The translations under genes and the position numbers were made by a program. Positions 48,733 to 59,104 of a stretch of DNA of 64,000 nucleotides are shown here, in pieces. The stretch lies in assembly GCA_964356335.1 (NCBI GenBank), contig CAYHHI010000003.1:162-64161 (forward strand). The letters are read 5' to 3'. Source of the DNA: an uncultured bacterium (GTDB lineage: Bacteria > Arandabacterota > Arandabacteria > Arandabacterales > Arandabacteraceae). The first letter of the stretch is position 1. Each line of letters opens with the position of its first letter. Under the pieces are notes generated by a model. That model made no database searches. It was given only the letters and a program-made list of their open reading frames with translations, and was not told where the DNA came from.

Positions 48733-50016
48733 TTGAAGATTGCCCTGGTTGCACCCGCAAGACGCAAGAGCGGGAAGCAGGGTCTCACCGGAAGAGCTTT
48801 CCAGATCCCACCCCTTTCGCTCGGCATTCTCGCGTCCCTAACGCCGCCTGACATCGAGATAGAGCTCATGGATGAAAACCTGCGGGACATTGACTTCTCG
48901 GATGGGCCTGATCTTGTCGGCATAACTTGTCTCACGGCATCCGCTCCAAGAGCATATGAAATCGCGCAGCGCTTCAGAACGCGGGGGGCAAGGGTCGTCC
49001 TTGGGGGGATCCACCCATCGGCTGTTCCTCTCGAAGCCATCCGGCATGCAGACTCAGTTGTCCTGGGCGAGGCCGAAGGTGTCTGGGGCCAGGTTATTGA
49101 GGACTTCAAAGTTGGGAAGATGAAGCGATTCTACAAAGGTGCGAAGCCCGATCCTTCCCAGATTTTTGCCCCACGGCGCGACATATACGAACGCAAGGGC
49201 TATTTCGTTAAGAGCGTTGTTCAGACATCGCGGGGGTGCCCCTTTGGCTGCGATTTCTGTAGCGTGCAGCGTTTCTTTGGGACCAAGTTCAGATTCCGCT
49301 CGGTTAACTCGGTGGTGGACGAGGTGCGCTCGCTCGCGACCAAGTTCGTGGCGTTTGTCGATGACAATATCGCGGGCAGTCATCCTCATGCCAAACAGCT
49401 TTTCACGGCCCTTGCGCCCTTGAATATCAGGTGGATATGCCAGGCGCCGATAGGCATAGGCAAGGACTTTGAGCTCTTGAAGCTCATGCGGAAGGCCGGC
49501 TGCCGCGGCGTGTTCGTCGGGTTTGAATCGATTGTTCCTGACTGTCTCAAGGAAGTCGGGAAAAGCTTCAACATCGTCGAGAAATTCAAAGAGCATATTA
49601 AGCGAATCCATGATAACGGCATCAGTGTTGAGGGAGCATTCATCTTCGGCTTCGATCACGACGACAAGGACACCTTCAAGCGCACTCTGGATTTCATCGT
49701 CAAGGCCAAGATAGATTTCGCCCAGTTCGGCATCCTGACGCCTTTCCCGGGCACGAAACTTTACCAGAGACTAAAGCAAGAGAATCGGATCCTGACCGAG
49801 GATTGGGAAAAGTACGATATCGCACACACCGTCTTCAAACCCGCGAATCTGACCCCCGATGAACTGGACGAGGGACGAAGGTGGATCGAGGATGAGTTCT
49901 ACTCGTTCGGAAGCAGCGTGAGGAGAGTGTTTGGCCTCGGCAGGCGGATACGCTATCTGCTGCCCATCATCATCCTGAACACCAGCTACCGCCAATACGT
50001 GAAAGCGCATAGGTAG
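48733..50016 (+). CDS. B12-binding domain radical SAM protein
   Basis: N-terminal cobalamin-binding fold, then the CxxxCxxC motif (SRGCPFGCDFCSV). Confidence 0.8.
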   Translation: MKIALVAPARRKSGKQGLTGRAFQIPPLSLGILASLTPPDIEIELMDENLRDIDFSDGPDLVGITCLTASAPRAYEIAQRFRTRGARVVLGGIHPSAVPLEAIRHADSVVLGEAEGVWGQVIEDFKVGKMKRFYKGAKPDPSQIFAPRRDIYERKGYFVKSVVQTSRGCPFGCDFCSVQRFFGTKFRFRSVNSVVDEVRSLATKFVAFVDDNIAGSHPHAKQLFTALAPLNIRWICQAPIGIGKDFELLKLMRKAGCRGVFVGFESIVPDCLKEVGKSFNIVEKFKEHIKRIHDNGISVEGAFIFGFDHDDKDTFKRTLDFIVKAKIDFAQFGILTPFPGTKLYQRLKQENRILTEDWEKYDIAHTVFKPANLTPDELDEGRRWIEDEFYSFGSSVRRVFGLGRRIRYLLPIIILNTSYRQYVKAHR

Positions 50017-50022
50017 GAATCC

Positions 50023-50790
50023 CTATTTTATGAGTCTTCTCTTCATGAGCCTTACGCCCACGTAGAAGGCAACCACCTCGATAACAAAGAGTATCAGAAA
50101 GCTGACGGCTAGCCCGGGCACGGTCGCGCCGGCAAAGACAGCCCGCGATATGTTCACGGCGTGGGTGAGGGGCAGAAAGAGCGCGAAGGTCTTCATCCAT
50201 TGTGGGAACCTATCCAATGGGAAGAATACGCCCGAGAAAAAAAGCATCGGCGTGATAACCAATTCGGTGTAGTAATTGAAGAAGTCGAAATTCGGCGCGA
50301 AGGAGGTGATTATCATAGCAAGGGAGCCAAAGAGTATGCCCACAAACACCATGAGTACCAGAAGCACGAGCAGATTGCTTATTGACGCCGGGAAGATGCC
50401 CATGATAGACGCTACAATGAGCATCAGCACCCCGCCGATAAGCCCTCGGAAGGCCCCCCATGCAATGTCTCCGGCGACGGCATCTTCGGCTGATACCGGC
50501 GTTGCCACGACTGAATCGAACAGGCGTTCGTGGATCATCTTCACGAATGTGCCGTAAAGGCACTCGAAAGTGGAGGAGAGCATAACTGATGAAACGAGGA
50601 TGCCGGGCACCAAGAAATGGAGATACGGCTTGCCGCCGAAATGCCCCATGTAAGCGCCCATGCCGATTCCGAAAGCCAGCAGGTAAAACAGGGGCTGTCC
50701 GATGCTGACGATAAGCGTGGGAACCACAAATCGCTTATAAGATATGAGATTGCGCAGAAAGACGTAGTAGATCCGATACGACAGGCTCAT
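50023..50790 (-). CDS. ABC-2 type transporter permease
   Basis: 6-TM ABC-2 fold. Overlaps the upstream ATPase gene. Confidence 0.8.
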   Translation of the reverse strand: MSLSYRIYYVFLRNLISYKRFVVPTLIVSIGQPLFYLLAFGIGMGAYMGHFGGKPYLHFLVPGILVSSVMLSSTFECLYGTFVKMIHERLFDSVVATPVSAEDAVAGDIAWGAFRGLIGGVLMLIVASIMGIFPASISNLLVLLVLMVFVGILFGSLAMIITSFAPNFDFFNYYTELVITPMLFFSGVFFPLDRFPQWMKTFALFLPLTHAVNISRAVFAGATVPGLAVSFLILFVIEVVAFYVGVRLMKRRLIK

Positions 50791-51710
50791 TCGATCAGGC
50801 TCCTGCCAGTGAGCTTCAAGAAAACATCCTCGAGAGCTGCCGGGCGATTGAGCACGTTGGGAAGGTTCATTTCGACCGCCTTCCGCATCAGGCTCTTTCC
50901 GTCCTTGCAGTAAAAATAAAGGGTATCTCCCATCCGCTCATGCCCGCATGAGACATCGGACAATTGCGATATCAGCGTTTCATCTTCATCCTTTGAGATG
51001 CGGATCTCCACGACCTCATGTCCGATCTCATCCTCAACCAGTTTTGAGGGCACGCCTTCTCTCAGGATCTTTCCTTGATACATCACAACGATGCGATCGC
51101 AGAGCTGCTGCGCCTCTTCCATGTATTGCGTGGTTAGAATCAAGGTCGTGCCCTGCCTCTTTAGGAGCCGCAGCCGTTGCCATACAAGATGGCGGGCCTG
51201 GGGATCCAGGCCGGTCGTGGGCTCATCGGCTATGATCAGTTTGGGCTTATTGAGAAGTGCGCGGGCGATCAAGAGCCTTCGCTTCATTCCTGTGGAGAGC
51301 TCGCTTATCTTGCTGTTCCTCTTGCCGTCAAGTTCAACAAATGACAACAAATCCGCGATTCTGCTCCGCGCTTCGGCTTTGGGTATATCGAAGAAGAACG
51401 AGAATACGCGAAGGTTTTCATAAACGGTGAGGTCGTTGTCGAGAGTGATCTCTTGCGGTATAACACCCGTCATCATCTTTATGCTGCGATTGTCAATATG
51501 GGCCCTCTGCCCGAATACCACAATCGATCCCGAAGTAATCGGCGAGACACAGTGGATCATCCTGATGGTGGTGGTCTTTCCCGCACCGTTGGGACCAAGG
51601 AAGCCGAAGCATTCACCCTCGTTGATCGTGAAGGAGATGCCGGCGACGGCAGTGAACTCCTTATACTTCTTGATAAGGTCAGTTGCGGTTATTGCGGCGA
51701 CTGGTTGCAT
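50787..51710 (-). CDS. ABC transporter ATP-binding protein
   Basis: Walker A GPNGAGKTT, signature LSTGMKRRL, Walker B LIIADEPTTGLD. Confidence 0.9.
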   Translation of the reverse strand: MQPVAAITATDLIKKYKEFTAVAGISFTINEGECFGFLGPNGAGKTTTIRMIHCVSPITSGSIVVFGQRAHIDNRSIKMMTGVIPQEITLDNDLTVYENLRVFSFFFDIPKAEARSRIADLLSFVELDGKRNSKISELSTGMKRRLLIARALLNKPKLIIADEPTTGLDPQARHLVWQRLRLLKRQGTTLILTTQYMEEAQQLCDRIVVMYQGKILREGVPSKLVEDEIGHEVVEIRISKDEDETLISQLSDVSCGHERMGDTLYFYCKDGKSLMRKAVEMNLPNVLNRPAALEDVFLKLTGRSLIE

Positions 51711-51775
51711 TGGCTCGTACAGGATAACACGAATATGCCTGATTTCGTAACCGCAATCGGGCTAGTATGCCCTTG

Positions 51776-52468
51776 TCACCGGAGTCGCCGCCCCAGCATG
51801 AATCCCGCTGCCGAACGGTTCTTGATGAAATCATCAGGGTCGCAGTCATCATCACACCGGCCCCACACTCCCGGATAACGATCGTAGTCTCCCCAGATTG
51901 CTGCCATCCAGTGACTCCCAGAAAGACTCAGCGACAGAAATCCCTTCCATGAACGGCTTGGGGAGGTGGGGAAATGGGCCTTTCCCAGCCCACCCGCCAT
52001 GACGCCAACGCCCAGGCTGACCTCCCTGTCGTCACTAAGGGTGAGCGTCTTGCCTGTCTCAAGATATATGCTGGGGATTGCACCCAGCACCGCACCCGCT
52101 CCGGTGTCTAAGGGCCACGCCAGAAACTGGTAGTAGAGATCGAGAGAAGTTGCGCACATAGCACCAAGCGCAGATGCGTCGTGTGCAGAAAGAGGGATCA
52201 GCAGCTCGGCCAGCAGTGCGGAATTGGGCGAGAATCTCCACCCATGTCCGATGTTGATCTGGACATCAACTGCTTCGCCGGAAGCCGGCACCGGACTGGA
52301 GCTCGCGTCACCACGCGAGCCATAGCCCTCATGGGCGCGGGCAACAACGACCTCTCCAGACCATCCGGCCTTAACCCGTGCCGAGTGCGTGACGTGAACG
52401 CAGCCCGCCAGGGTGCAGAGCAGGAAAGCAAGTTGAGCATACTTCAACAGTGGCGAACCCACCATCAT
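51776..52468 (-). CDS. Hypothetical lipoprotein
   Basis: Lipobox LAGC after a signal peptide. Gly/Ala-rich body. Confidence 0.45.
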   Translation of the reverse strand: MMVGSPLLKYAQLAFLLCTLAGCVHVTHSARVKAGWSGEVVVARAHEGYGSRGDASSSPVPASGEAVDVQINIGHGWRFSPNSALLAELLIPLSAHDASALGAMCATSLDLYYQFLAWPLDTGAGAVLGAIPSIYLETGKTLTLSDDREVSLGVGVMAGGLGKAHFPTSPSRSWKGFLSLSLSGSHWMAAIWGDYDRYPGVWGRCDDDCDPDDFIKNRSAAGFMLGRRLR

Positions 52469-53034
52469 GCACCTTTCAACACTTTCACTAACTCTATCGC
52501 GCCGTTCTCCCATAGCTCGGTATACCGGCGGGTCTCAACAAATCCATGCTTCCGATAGAAGGCAATAGTCGCCTGATACTGTGGCTTCACATCAGGCGGG
52601 ACTGTCAAGACAGCAACCTTCTCAAAACCCAGTTCCTCGACGTGCTCCAGAAAACGTTTTAGCAGCAGCGAGCCATACCCTCGTCGGCGATGTTCTGGGT
52701 GGGTGCCCATCAACGTAATATGAATCGTTCCATCCCAACTTGTGAACACAAGAAGAGCTCGCAGGCGGCCATCCTCATAGAGACAGAATGCGTCTTGGAA
52801 CAATAGGTCACGCCGCGTGTCTTCTGGCACATTTCTGGTAAACCACTGATCAGTCAGGAGTTTCGCGACTTCTACGATCTCGTCTGCGATTTGGCCGTGT
52901 GGTCGTTGGTGCAACTGAATCGTGACCGCCATTTGTGGCTGACACCCTGTCCTTTCATCGCTCGGCAGTTTCACTACGCCATGCGCCCACAAATGTTCTG
53001 TTATGAGCATGCATCCGAACAGATTTGTGAGCAT
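52465..53034 (-). CDS. GNAT family N-acetyltransferase
   Basis: HRRRGYGSLLL motif A. The N-terminus is uncertain. Confidence 0.7.
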   Translation of the reverse strand: MLTNLFGCMLITEHLWAHGVVKLPSDERTGCQPQMAVTIQLHQRPHGQIADEIVEVAKLLTDQWFTRNVPEDTRRDLLFQDAFCLYEDGRLRALLVFTSWDGTIHITLMGTHPEHRRRGYGSLLLKRFLEHVEELGFEKVAVLTVPPDVKPQYQATIAFYRKHGFVETRRYTELWENGAIELVKVLKGA

Positions 53035-53142
53035 AGACGACCCCGCTTGACCTGCGGCCCGACTGTAGCAGTCCCTGTGATAATGGAACGGCCAACGTTG
53101 GCTTGAGTCGCTGAGGATCCGATTGGGTAGCCACGAAGTCTC

Positions 53143-53997
53143 TCACTGTGATGATTCCGGTTCTGATTGTCGAAACACTGTTCGTGACAACAGCTCGGTT
53201 GCACAGGCGGTCAGCGCGAATATTGCCAGAATGCTAAGGTAGATCTGTAGAGCGCTCAGATCTCCGAAATCCCACCAGTTATGGCGGGTGAGATTTACCG
53301 CTGTTGTATTCAGTACGGCATGGAAAAACATCGCTATAAACAAACTGCCATTGCTCCATCGCCAAAAGTGCCCCATGGTAAATGCGATAAGAGTCGTGGA
53401 TATCGGATATAGCACGACGAATTGCGACCAGTCCAATCCATTGCGGAAATCTGCAAACCTGAATGCTGGAAGATGCCAGAAAGCCCAAACGAGGCCGACT
53501 ATGATTGCCACAGTGACTGAGCTTGCACGGCCCTGCAAATGAGATTGGAGAAAGCCACGCCAACCCATCTCTTCGCCCAACGGGCCAAATCCTAAAATGA
53601 TTCCGCCTACGAATGCATTCAACGGTACCAGCGCGATCATGGTAGTAGCGATTTTCCATAGAGCGATTTTGGCTGAAATACCCAGGACAAGATAGAATAG
53701 CAGTCCGATCACTGGCATCATAAAGAAGGTGACGACATAAATTCGCCAGTTTACCCTTACTAGAATCACGCGCTTCAGCAGGCTGACAATAGACGAGCGC
53801 CCACCAGTAAAGCCAGCCATCACCAGCGCAGCTATGGTTGGGCCGAAACTGCCTGCCAAGAGGAATCCCGCGAATCTTTCGTCTTCAAGGCTGGTCAGTC
53901 CATCAATTGATAATATGCCCGTCAACCAAATCACCCACGAAACAGCATAGGCGATGACCACAAAGGCCAAGATGGACCTAACTTCACGATGCTTCAT
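53143..53997 (-). CDS. CPBP family intramembrane metalloprotease (CAAX protease/Abi-like)
   Basis: EExxxR motif GPLGEEMGWRGFLQ and FxxxH (FWHLPAF) in a 7-8 TM protein. Start at MKHREV. The upstream in-frame extension lies in the R repeat element and was rejected. Confidence 0.75.
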   Translation of the reverse strand: MKHREVRSILAFVVIAYAVSWVIWLTGILSIDGLTSLEDERFAGFLLAGSFGPTIAALVMAGFTGGRSSIVSLLKRVILVRVNWRIYVVTFFMMPVIGLLFYLVLGISAKIALWKIATTMIALVPLNAFVGGIILGFGPLGEEMGWRGFLQSHLQGRASSVTVAIIVGLVWAFWHLPAFRFADFRNGLDWSQFVVLYPISTTLIAFTMGHFWRWSNGSLFIAMFFHAVLNTTAVNLTRHNWWDFGDLSALQIYLSILAIFALTACATELLSRTVFRQSEPESSQ

Positions 53998-54042
53998 GAA
54001 GAACCTTCTTGTACATTGACAAACCCCCTGTCTGGGCCGCCC

Positions 54043-54134
54043 AACGGTGTGGCTGAGTGGCGGGGCCAGCCGGCGCGGGTCTTGCCACTGCAAGAGCCGT
54101 GACGCCGCAGTCTCCATCCGTCTCAAGCCACTCG
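54043..54134. repeat. R-element copy 1: ~92-nt intergenic repeat with imperfect terminal inverted repeats and an internal hairpin
   Basis: Starts AACGGTGTGGCTGAGTGGCGGGG. Internal hairpin CTTGC-CACT-GCAAG. The 3' end CTCAAGCCACTCG is the inverse of the 5' end. Lies 46 nt upstream of the CPBP start on the minus strand. Confidence 0.7.
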
Positions 54135-54800
54135 ATAGCGATTACCCCCGGTATTGTAAGTCAGGGTCCAATACCCGGCTTCCGGGTACTCTCTGTAGCT
54201 GAAGGGCGCAGCAAGGCCGGCCAATTGCTCAGCGATCTCCTGTTCAGTGGGAAAGTTCTTCACGATCTCCCACCGCGACCCATCCCGAAGGGTTCTGTGC
54301 TCGAGCAAATTCCCCTCTTGATCCCGCCGGCGATCTGCCCACTCATAGAGCAACTGATCGGCAAATACGACCAATGCCCCAGGTGTCAACTTCTTATGAA
54401 GCACACTGAGTAACTCTCTCAGCCTTGACTTGGGGACATGCGACCACCACCAATGGGAAAAGGCAGCAGTGAAACAACCATGAACACTATTCAAAGTATA
54501 GGCGTCGGCAACCTCGCACCGGACATTGCCAACCGAACCAAGTTTGCTTCGCGCTAACGATATCATTCCCGGATCTATGTCCGTCGCCAGAACCGAGCGT
54601 GCCGCTACAGCGATCACTTCAGTCCAGTACCCCGTACCACAGGCAATCTCCAGGACGTCATAACCTCTCAGTGCCTGCTGAAACCTGGTCTTGATGGGCT
54701 CGCGAAGTTGCTCGGCCAAAGCATCCATGTACCCGGCTGAAGCATCGTAGACCTCTGCGCGAGCTGCGTAGTACCTGGCCACATCATCCGTCAACGCCAC
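54123..54800 (-). CDS. Class I SAM-dependent methyltransferase
   Basis: VLEIACGTGYWT motif I. Confidence 0.8.
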   Translation of the reverse strand: MALTDDVARYYAARAEVYDASAGYMDALAEQLREPIKTRFQQALRGYDVLEIACGTGYWTEVIAVAARSVLATDIDPGMISLARSKLGSVGNVRCEVADAYTLNSVHGCFTAAFSHWWWSHVPKSRLRELLSVLHKKLTPGALVVFADQLLYEWADRRRDQEGNLLEHRTLRDGSRWEIVKNFPTEQEIAEQLAGLAAPFSYREYPEAGYWTLTYNTGGNRYRVA

Positions 54801-54844
54801 TGCAACAACACCCCCGAATCGCTAACGTCGTGCGTACCAGCCGC

Positions 54845-54945
54845 GGACGAAGGGCGGCGGGGTGTGTGCCGGCCCCGTAGGCCGCGCCGTCCTTGCAGAC
54901 ACCGTGACGCCCGAGTCCGGCGGCTGCATACGCTTGTTAGCCTGC
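54845..54945. repeat. R-element copy 2 (degenerate)
   Basis: Segment ggccgcgccgtccttgcagacaccgtgacgcccgagtcc aligns with the R core (ggcgcgggtcttgccactgcaagagccgtgacgccgcagtc). The 5' invariant block is missing. Lies upstream of the methyltransferase start. Confidence 0.4.
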
Positions 54946-55641
54946 ACCGCCGGTCACCGCCACAACGTTACCAGACTGCCACAACCCCCCAGTGGCAGCG
55001 AGCCAGCCAGCGATCCTGTCGGTGATTGCCATGATGTCACCGTCAGAGACGTCGACCTCTAGTGAGGGAATCCGGGACTGTCCGACAATCTCCCGCATGA
55101 GCTCCTGTTCCTCGATGAACTGCGAGATGTCCGCATACTGGCTCGGCTTCCCAGAGACCCGCAGACGCTCGGCACGAGCCGGCTCGAATGTGTCTGGACG
55201 CCGTACACAGAACACGAGGCGGAAACCCAGCGGCACGATCCGCTCTTCCAGCCAAGCGAAGTCGATGTCCCGCTGGTGAACTCTCTTCTGGTACAAGCGC
55301 GTGGAAAGATGGAATCGGTCCGCGATCCACGAGTAGTACCTGAGGAGTTCGAACAAACGTACCCAAGTTCGGTACGTCTCAATCGCGAGCTCCTCCTCCC
55401 CAGGCAAGAAGTTGATCAGCCCGCGCCCCCACGGTATGTTCGTGAACCCGCACCACTCAGCCGAGATGAGCGGAGAGTGATATCTGTACGCGCGCTCGCC
55501 GACGATTCGAGGATGCTCGTTGAGCGCAAACGCGATCTCCGTCTTGAGGGTCAGACGTGTTCCCTCAAGTATGATCTTGGGGCACAACTTGGCGCCGCTG
55601 GGCACACCCGGCGTGTGACCCCTGGCCTCTTCGACTCTCAT
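54937..55641 (-). CDS. Hypothetical protein (defence-island gene, function unknown)
   Basis: ~235 aa with no motif recognised. Probable start at the internal M (MRVEEARG). Confidence 0.4.
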   Translation of the reverse strand: MRVEEARGHTPGVPSGAKLCPKIILEGTRLTLKTEIAFALNEHPRIVGERAYRYHSPLISAEWCGFTNIPWGRGLINFLPGEEELAIETYRTWVRLFELLRYYSWIADRFHLSTRLYQKRVHQRDIDFAWLEERIVPLGFRLVFCVRRPDTFEPARAERLRVSGKPSQYADISQFIEEQELMREIVGQSRIPSLEVDVSDGDIMAITDRIAGWLAATGGLWQSGNVVAVTGGAG

Positions 55642-55672
55642 TGACACCTCTCGCGGCAAGGCCGAGCAGGAT

Positions 55673-55760
55673 AACGGTGTGGCTGAGTGGCGGAGTGAGG
55701 TGGCGCGGCGCTTGCCTCCTGCAGGCGACGCGACGCCAGCAACGTCAGCTCGAGCAACGT
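55673..55760. repeat. R-element copy 3
   Basis: AACGGTGTGGCTGAGTGGCGGAG... with internal palindromic hairpin GCCTCCTGCAGGC. It fills the gap between the stop at 55762 and the downstream start. Confidence 0.65.
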
Positions 55761-55761
55761 G

Positions 55762-56379
55762 TTATGCACCCTGATGACACAAGCGAAACTCCCGCACTTC
55801 AACTACTCGTGAATCCTTGGGAATGCCTGCTCTCTTTCCAGTCGCCCACTCAAGAATCACGTCTGGGATCTTCGTCAACTGCAACTTCTCTACCGAAATA
55901 CTTGAGGGGAGGGGCAGTGCCTTCGCCTGGCGCAATGCCTCTTCATACCGCTCTCGATCAAGATCTGACTCTTGCGGGTTGCCCCAATCGTAGGTGGTGC
56001 CCTCCTTCACAAACAAGCCGAGCCCCAGATGAGGCACGAATTCAATGTCGTCCCTTCGGTATTCCGCCAAGATCCCTGTATAGAGCGATTGATACAACTT
56101 CTTGACCTGCGCTTCACCCTCTTTCAGCGTAAGAGACAGCCAATGGTCATGAGATCTATGAAAACCACCCAATCGGATCTCGAAGGGACTCCAGTCACTC
56201 AACACATTCTGAATATGACTGATCAGTCGTCCCTCTCCTACGCTCTCTGGTACGGGAAACAGTACTGTGATATGCGGTTTGGTGAAATCAGACGTAGGGT
56301 CATATTCTCTCCTTATCGCGTCGATCGAGTCAGACAACTCCGCGCTGAGCTGTGGATAGAAATTCAAAGCGTAATACAT
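55762..56379 (-). CDS. 2H phosphoesterase-like protein (LigT-like; second HxT/S motif degenerate)
   Basis: First motif KPHITVLF is canonical. The second His motif reads PHLGLGL. Confidence 0.35.
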   Translation of the reverse strand: MYYALNFYPQLSAELSDSIDAIRREYDPTSDFTKPHITVLFPVPESVGEGRLISHIQNVLSDWSPFEIRLGGFHRSHDHWLSLTLKEGEAQVKKLYQSLYTGILAEYRRDDIEFVPHLGLGLFVKEGTTYDWGNPQESDLDRERYEEALRQAKALPLPSSISVEKLQLTKIPDVILEWATGKRAGIPKDSRVVEVREFRLCHQGA

Positions 56380-56849
56380 GATGTTGTCCTTCGCGTAAGC
56401 CCCTTGGGTGCTTACGCCGCGCTTCAGCGGACCGGCTACTTTTGTGGCACGTCATACGCACAGCCTACCCACACCCCACACCGCCGCCAAGCCAAGCGGG
56501 CGCATGGCCGGCTCCGCTGCAAGCGATGGTTAGCCGTCGCGCTCCTATTGCTGGTGAGCAATGGTCCTCCGTTGCTCTTGCATCTTCCTCTTCCTGCTAC
56601 GGAAAAGCACCACCAAGCTGATAATCGGAGTGAACACCATCAACAGTCCGAAGGGAATCACGCCGTTTCCCTCGGGATAAGGGTACTGGGCGACGGCAGC
56701 CCAGCATGAGAACCCTACCAAGACGAGGTTGCAGACCACTGCCACGATTCTCATAATGATCCTCCTAGGGTCGCTCGTTGCACTACGCGACGTCTCGTAT
56801 AAGAGATCAGAGAGATAATTGAGATCTCAGGGGCACACCTCTAAGATAT

Positions 56850-57423
56850 TGGTTGTGTCAGCCCCAAAGGAGGTGTGCCCTATGAGACTTAAAGAGTATG
56901 GCCGAAGTCCAGAGAAACGTAAAGAGTTTCTTCAGCACCCCGGGTTACTTATAGTGGGAATAGACGTGAGCAAAGCGAGGCACACTGCCCTTATTGGCAC
57001 CCAGCCCGCCGTGCTGTGCCAAGATGCTTGTGGCCCAGATCACGCCTGCGCTACTCGGCTCGCCTCAGGCATCCTCTCGCACCGGATTGGATGATCGCTC
57101 CGCTCCACCACCATATGATCAAGACTCATCTGTCCTGCCCCTCACGCGAGCCTGACACTAACTGGCGCATGCTCCGGCATACAGCCCGTCGTTTGAATGG
57201 GACGCTACGAGGGATCCGATGTGTCTCTAGGGCACGAAGAGTTATTCCCTTCGCAGGCTCCCTCACAGGAGCCCTGAACCTTGTATAGGGGTTTGTGTGG
57301 GACAGCTTGTTCCCACACCATAAGATAAGAAACTAAGTCAGGCAGTAAGGTCTTGAGAAACAAAGAAACCGGCGGCCCCGCCCCGGCTTCATGGAGAATT
57401 ACTCCCCTTGACCTGGGGAGGCC
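56850..57423 (+). mobile_element. IS110-family insertion sequence remnant (internally deleted, left end missing)
   Basis: Short ORF MRLKEYGRSPEKRKEFLQHPGLLIVGIDVSKARH (DEDD N-terminal motif) is joined directly to frameshifted C-terminal Transposase_20-like remnants (CGPDHACATRLASG and SARLRHPLAP resemble IPGIGPxTAxTLLAE and SARQLAAYxGLAP). The right end ...GGGGAGGCC matches the copy at 58213..59168. About 85% nucleotide identity to that copy over ~420 bp. Confidence 0.5.
57350..57386 (-). terminator. Possible minus-strand terminator inside the IS remnant right end, downstream of vapC
   Basis: On the minus strand: hairpin CCGGGGCGGGGCCGCCGG followed by a TTTCTTTGTTTCTC T-rich tract. Confidence 0.35.
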
Positions 57424-57444
57424 TCATAGGTGTTCGACACAGCA

Positions 57445-57843
57445 TCACCTATGCAACACTATCGGTAGATGCTTCGCATATAGCACAAAGTCATTGTCAG
57501 TCGTGAAGACGGCCAGCCGGTGATGCACAGCCACGGCGCAGATCAGGAAGTCCGTGTTTGATCCTTGGACTCCCTTACTCCGGCACTCATTGTAGAACCG
57601 AGCTGCCATGACGTAGTCCTCGCTGGTGACGGGAAGGTCGGGAAACGCACTGAGATGTGCCTCGAGCTCCTTGAACTGCGCTTTGTCACGGATCCCTGAG
57701 AGCAGCTCTTGGCGAATCGCACCAATCATCTGCACCCGATTGTCAGCAATCAAACCCCGGAGTTCACGGACCGGCCCAAGGGTGCTATCGCTGCCACGGC
57801 GAAGCGCCAACGACCAGACGCTTGTGTCGACCAGCACCCTCAT
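57445..57843 (-). CDS. vapC: PIN-domain toxin VapC
   Basis: MRVLVDTSVW N-terminal Asp and the C-terminal TTDNDF acidic motif. Confidence 0.8.
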   Translation of the reverse strand: MRVLVDTSVWSLALRRGSDSTLGPVRELRGLIADNRVQMIGAIRQELLSGIRDKAQFKELEAHLSAFPDLPVTSEDYVMAARFYNECRSKGVQGSNTDFLICAVAVHHRLAVFTTDNDFVLYAKHLPIVLHR

Positions 57844-58055
57844 CGCCGCGCTCGCTGCTTCTTGTAGTCATAGCTTGCATCGTACTCAATGGCACCGAAA
57901 AGAGATCCGATCTTCTCCTGTTCCAAATGCTGCACATAGGTCACCAGCGCCTGAGTCACCGCTGCCTTCTTGGTCCGGTGCCTGCCGAGCCTGACGGCCT
58001 TGCGGATAAGTCTGTCATCAATCTGAAGATTGGTAGCCATCGTCATCGCCTCCAC
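57840..58055 (-). CDS. vapB: VapB-family antitoxin
   Basis: 71-aa protein whose gene overlaps vapC by 4 bp. Basic helical N-terminus. Confidence 0.6.
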   Translation of the reverse strand: MEAMTMATNLQIDDRLIRKAVRLGRHRTKKAAVTQALVTYVQHLEQEKIGSLFGAIEYDASYDYKKQRARR

Positions 58056-58110
58056 ACATATTCTGACACAACACTATGTGTAATGTCAAGAGGTATTTCC
58101 CAGGGCGTCC

Positions 58111-58203
58111 AACGGTGTGGCTGAGCGGTGGGGCAAGGTGGCGCGGCTGTTGCCACTGCAACAGACGTGACACCGTAGCAGCCGTCCGCTCGAGCCACTG
58201 GAT
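58111..58203. repeat. R-element copy 4
   Basis: AACGGTGTGGCTGAGCGGTGGGG... with hairpin GTTGC-CACT-GCAAC. The closing pair is changed in a compensatory way relative to copy 1. Lies 56 nt upstream of the vapB start, immediately outside the IS110 left end. Confidence 0.7.
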
Positions 58204-58282
58204 ACTCATTGAGGCCTCCCCTTAGGGAGCCTCCCGAGCGTATGCTCGGGGGTAGACATCTGGCTGAAAGGAGGAGACCTCA

Positions 58283-58693
58283 ATGAGATTCTATACCAAA
58301 CAGCGCGTCTTCTACTGCGGTGTTGATCTCCACGTCAAGTCCATGTACGTCTGCATCCTGGACCAGCATGGCGAGATCACCCTACACCGCAACCTGCCCG
58401 CAGAGCCAGAAGCCTTTCTCTCGGCCATCCAGCCTTACCGCCAAGACATCGTCGTCTGTGCTGAGTGTATGTTCAGTTGGTACTGGCTCGCAGACCTCTG
58501 TGGAAGGGAGAACATCCCCTTCGTCCTCGGTCACGCATTATACATGAAGGCCATACATGGGGGAAAGGCCAAAAACGACAGGATAGATTCCCACAAGATC
58601 GCGGCACTCCTTGCCCATAGGCTCGGCAGAGCTGTCTACTTCATGCTCCTGCGAGAGAAGGCATTTGATATGAAACGATTCCTTACTAACTGA
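58283..58693 (+). pseudogene. IS110-family transposase, N-terminal 136 aa only (truncated)
   Basis: The DEDD RuvC-like N-terminal domain is present. The Tnp_20 C-terminal domain and its catalytic Ser are absent from this frame. Confidence 0.7.
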
Positions 58694-59104
58694 TCCGGAG
58701 GGAGCGGCCAAGCCAGACGCCTAACTGGAGCCATCTATGAGAAGCCACTCAGGTACCAGCAATGTGCCAAAATGCTTGTGGCTCGGACTACACCTGCGGT
58801 ACTCGGCATCTCTCAGGCAGCCTCTCGCACTTGATTGGATGGCCGCTCCGCTCCATCATCATATAGTCAAGACTTGCCTGTCCTGCCCCTCACCCGAGCC
58901 CGACACTAACTGGCGCATGCTCACGTGTGCAGCCCACCACTTGACTGGGACGGTACGAGGGAGCCGATGCGTTTCTAGGTCGCGAAGTGACTTGCCCTTC
59001 GCAGGTTCCTCTCGAGGAACCCTGAACCTCGATAGGTGTTTGTGTAGGACAGCTTTTCCCCACACCAAATGATGAGAAACTAAGTCAGGCAGTGAAGTCT
59101 TGAT

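Noticed and set aside
54043-54126. Idea that R-elements encode a conserved leader peptide (…RLLQWQxPRxLAPPLSHTVGRP), which is translated in two copies
   Set aside because: Other copies have 7-nt indels that shift the frame while keeping nucleotide identity, so conservation is at the DNA/RNA level. The peptide similarity is a by-product.
54043-54134. R-element as a tRNA (Ser/Leu-type) 5' fragment or att-site, because of GGCTGAGTGGC resembling a type II tRNA D-arm
   Set aside because: No cloverleaf can be drawn. The internal hairpin has a 4-nt loop and there is no acceptor/T-arm complement. The resemblance is limited to about 10 nt.
56990-57425. A ~420-bp two-copy repeat (also at 58760..59170) first taken for a novel structured ncRNA because of compensatory hairpin changes
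   Set aside because: Frame-shifted translation reveals IS110-family transposase C-terminal motifs, and the copies sit behind DEDD-domain ORF fragments with matching terminal inverted repeats. They are IS remnants. Only the non-coding right-end part is kept as a low-confidence RNA hypothesis.
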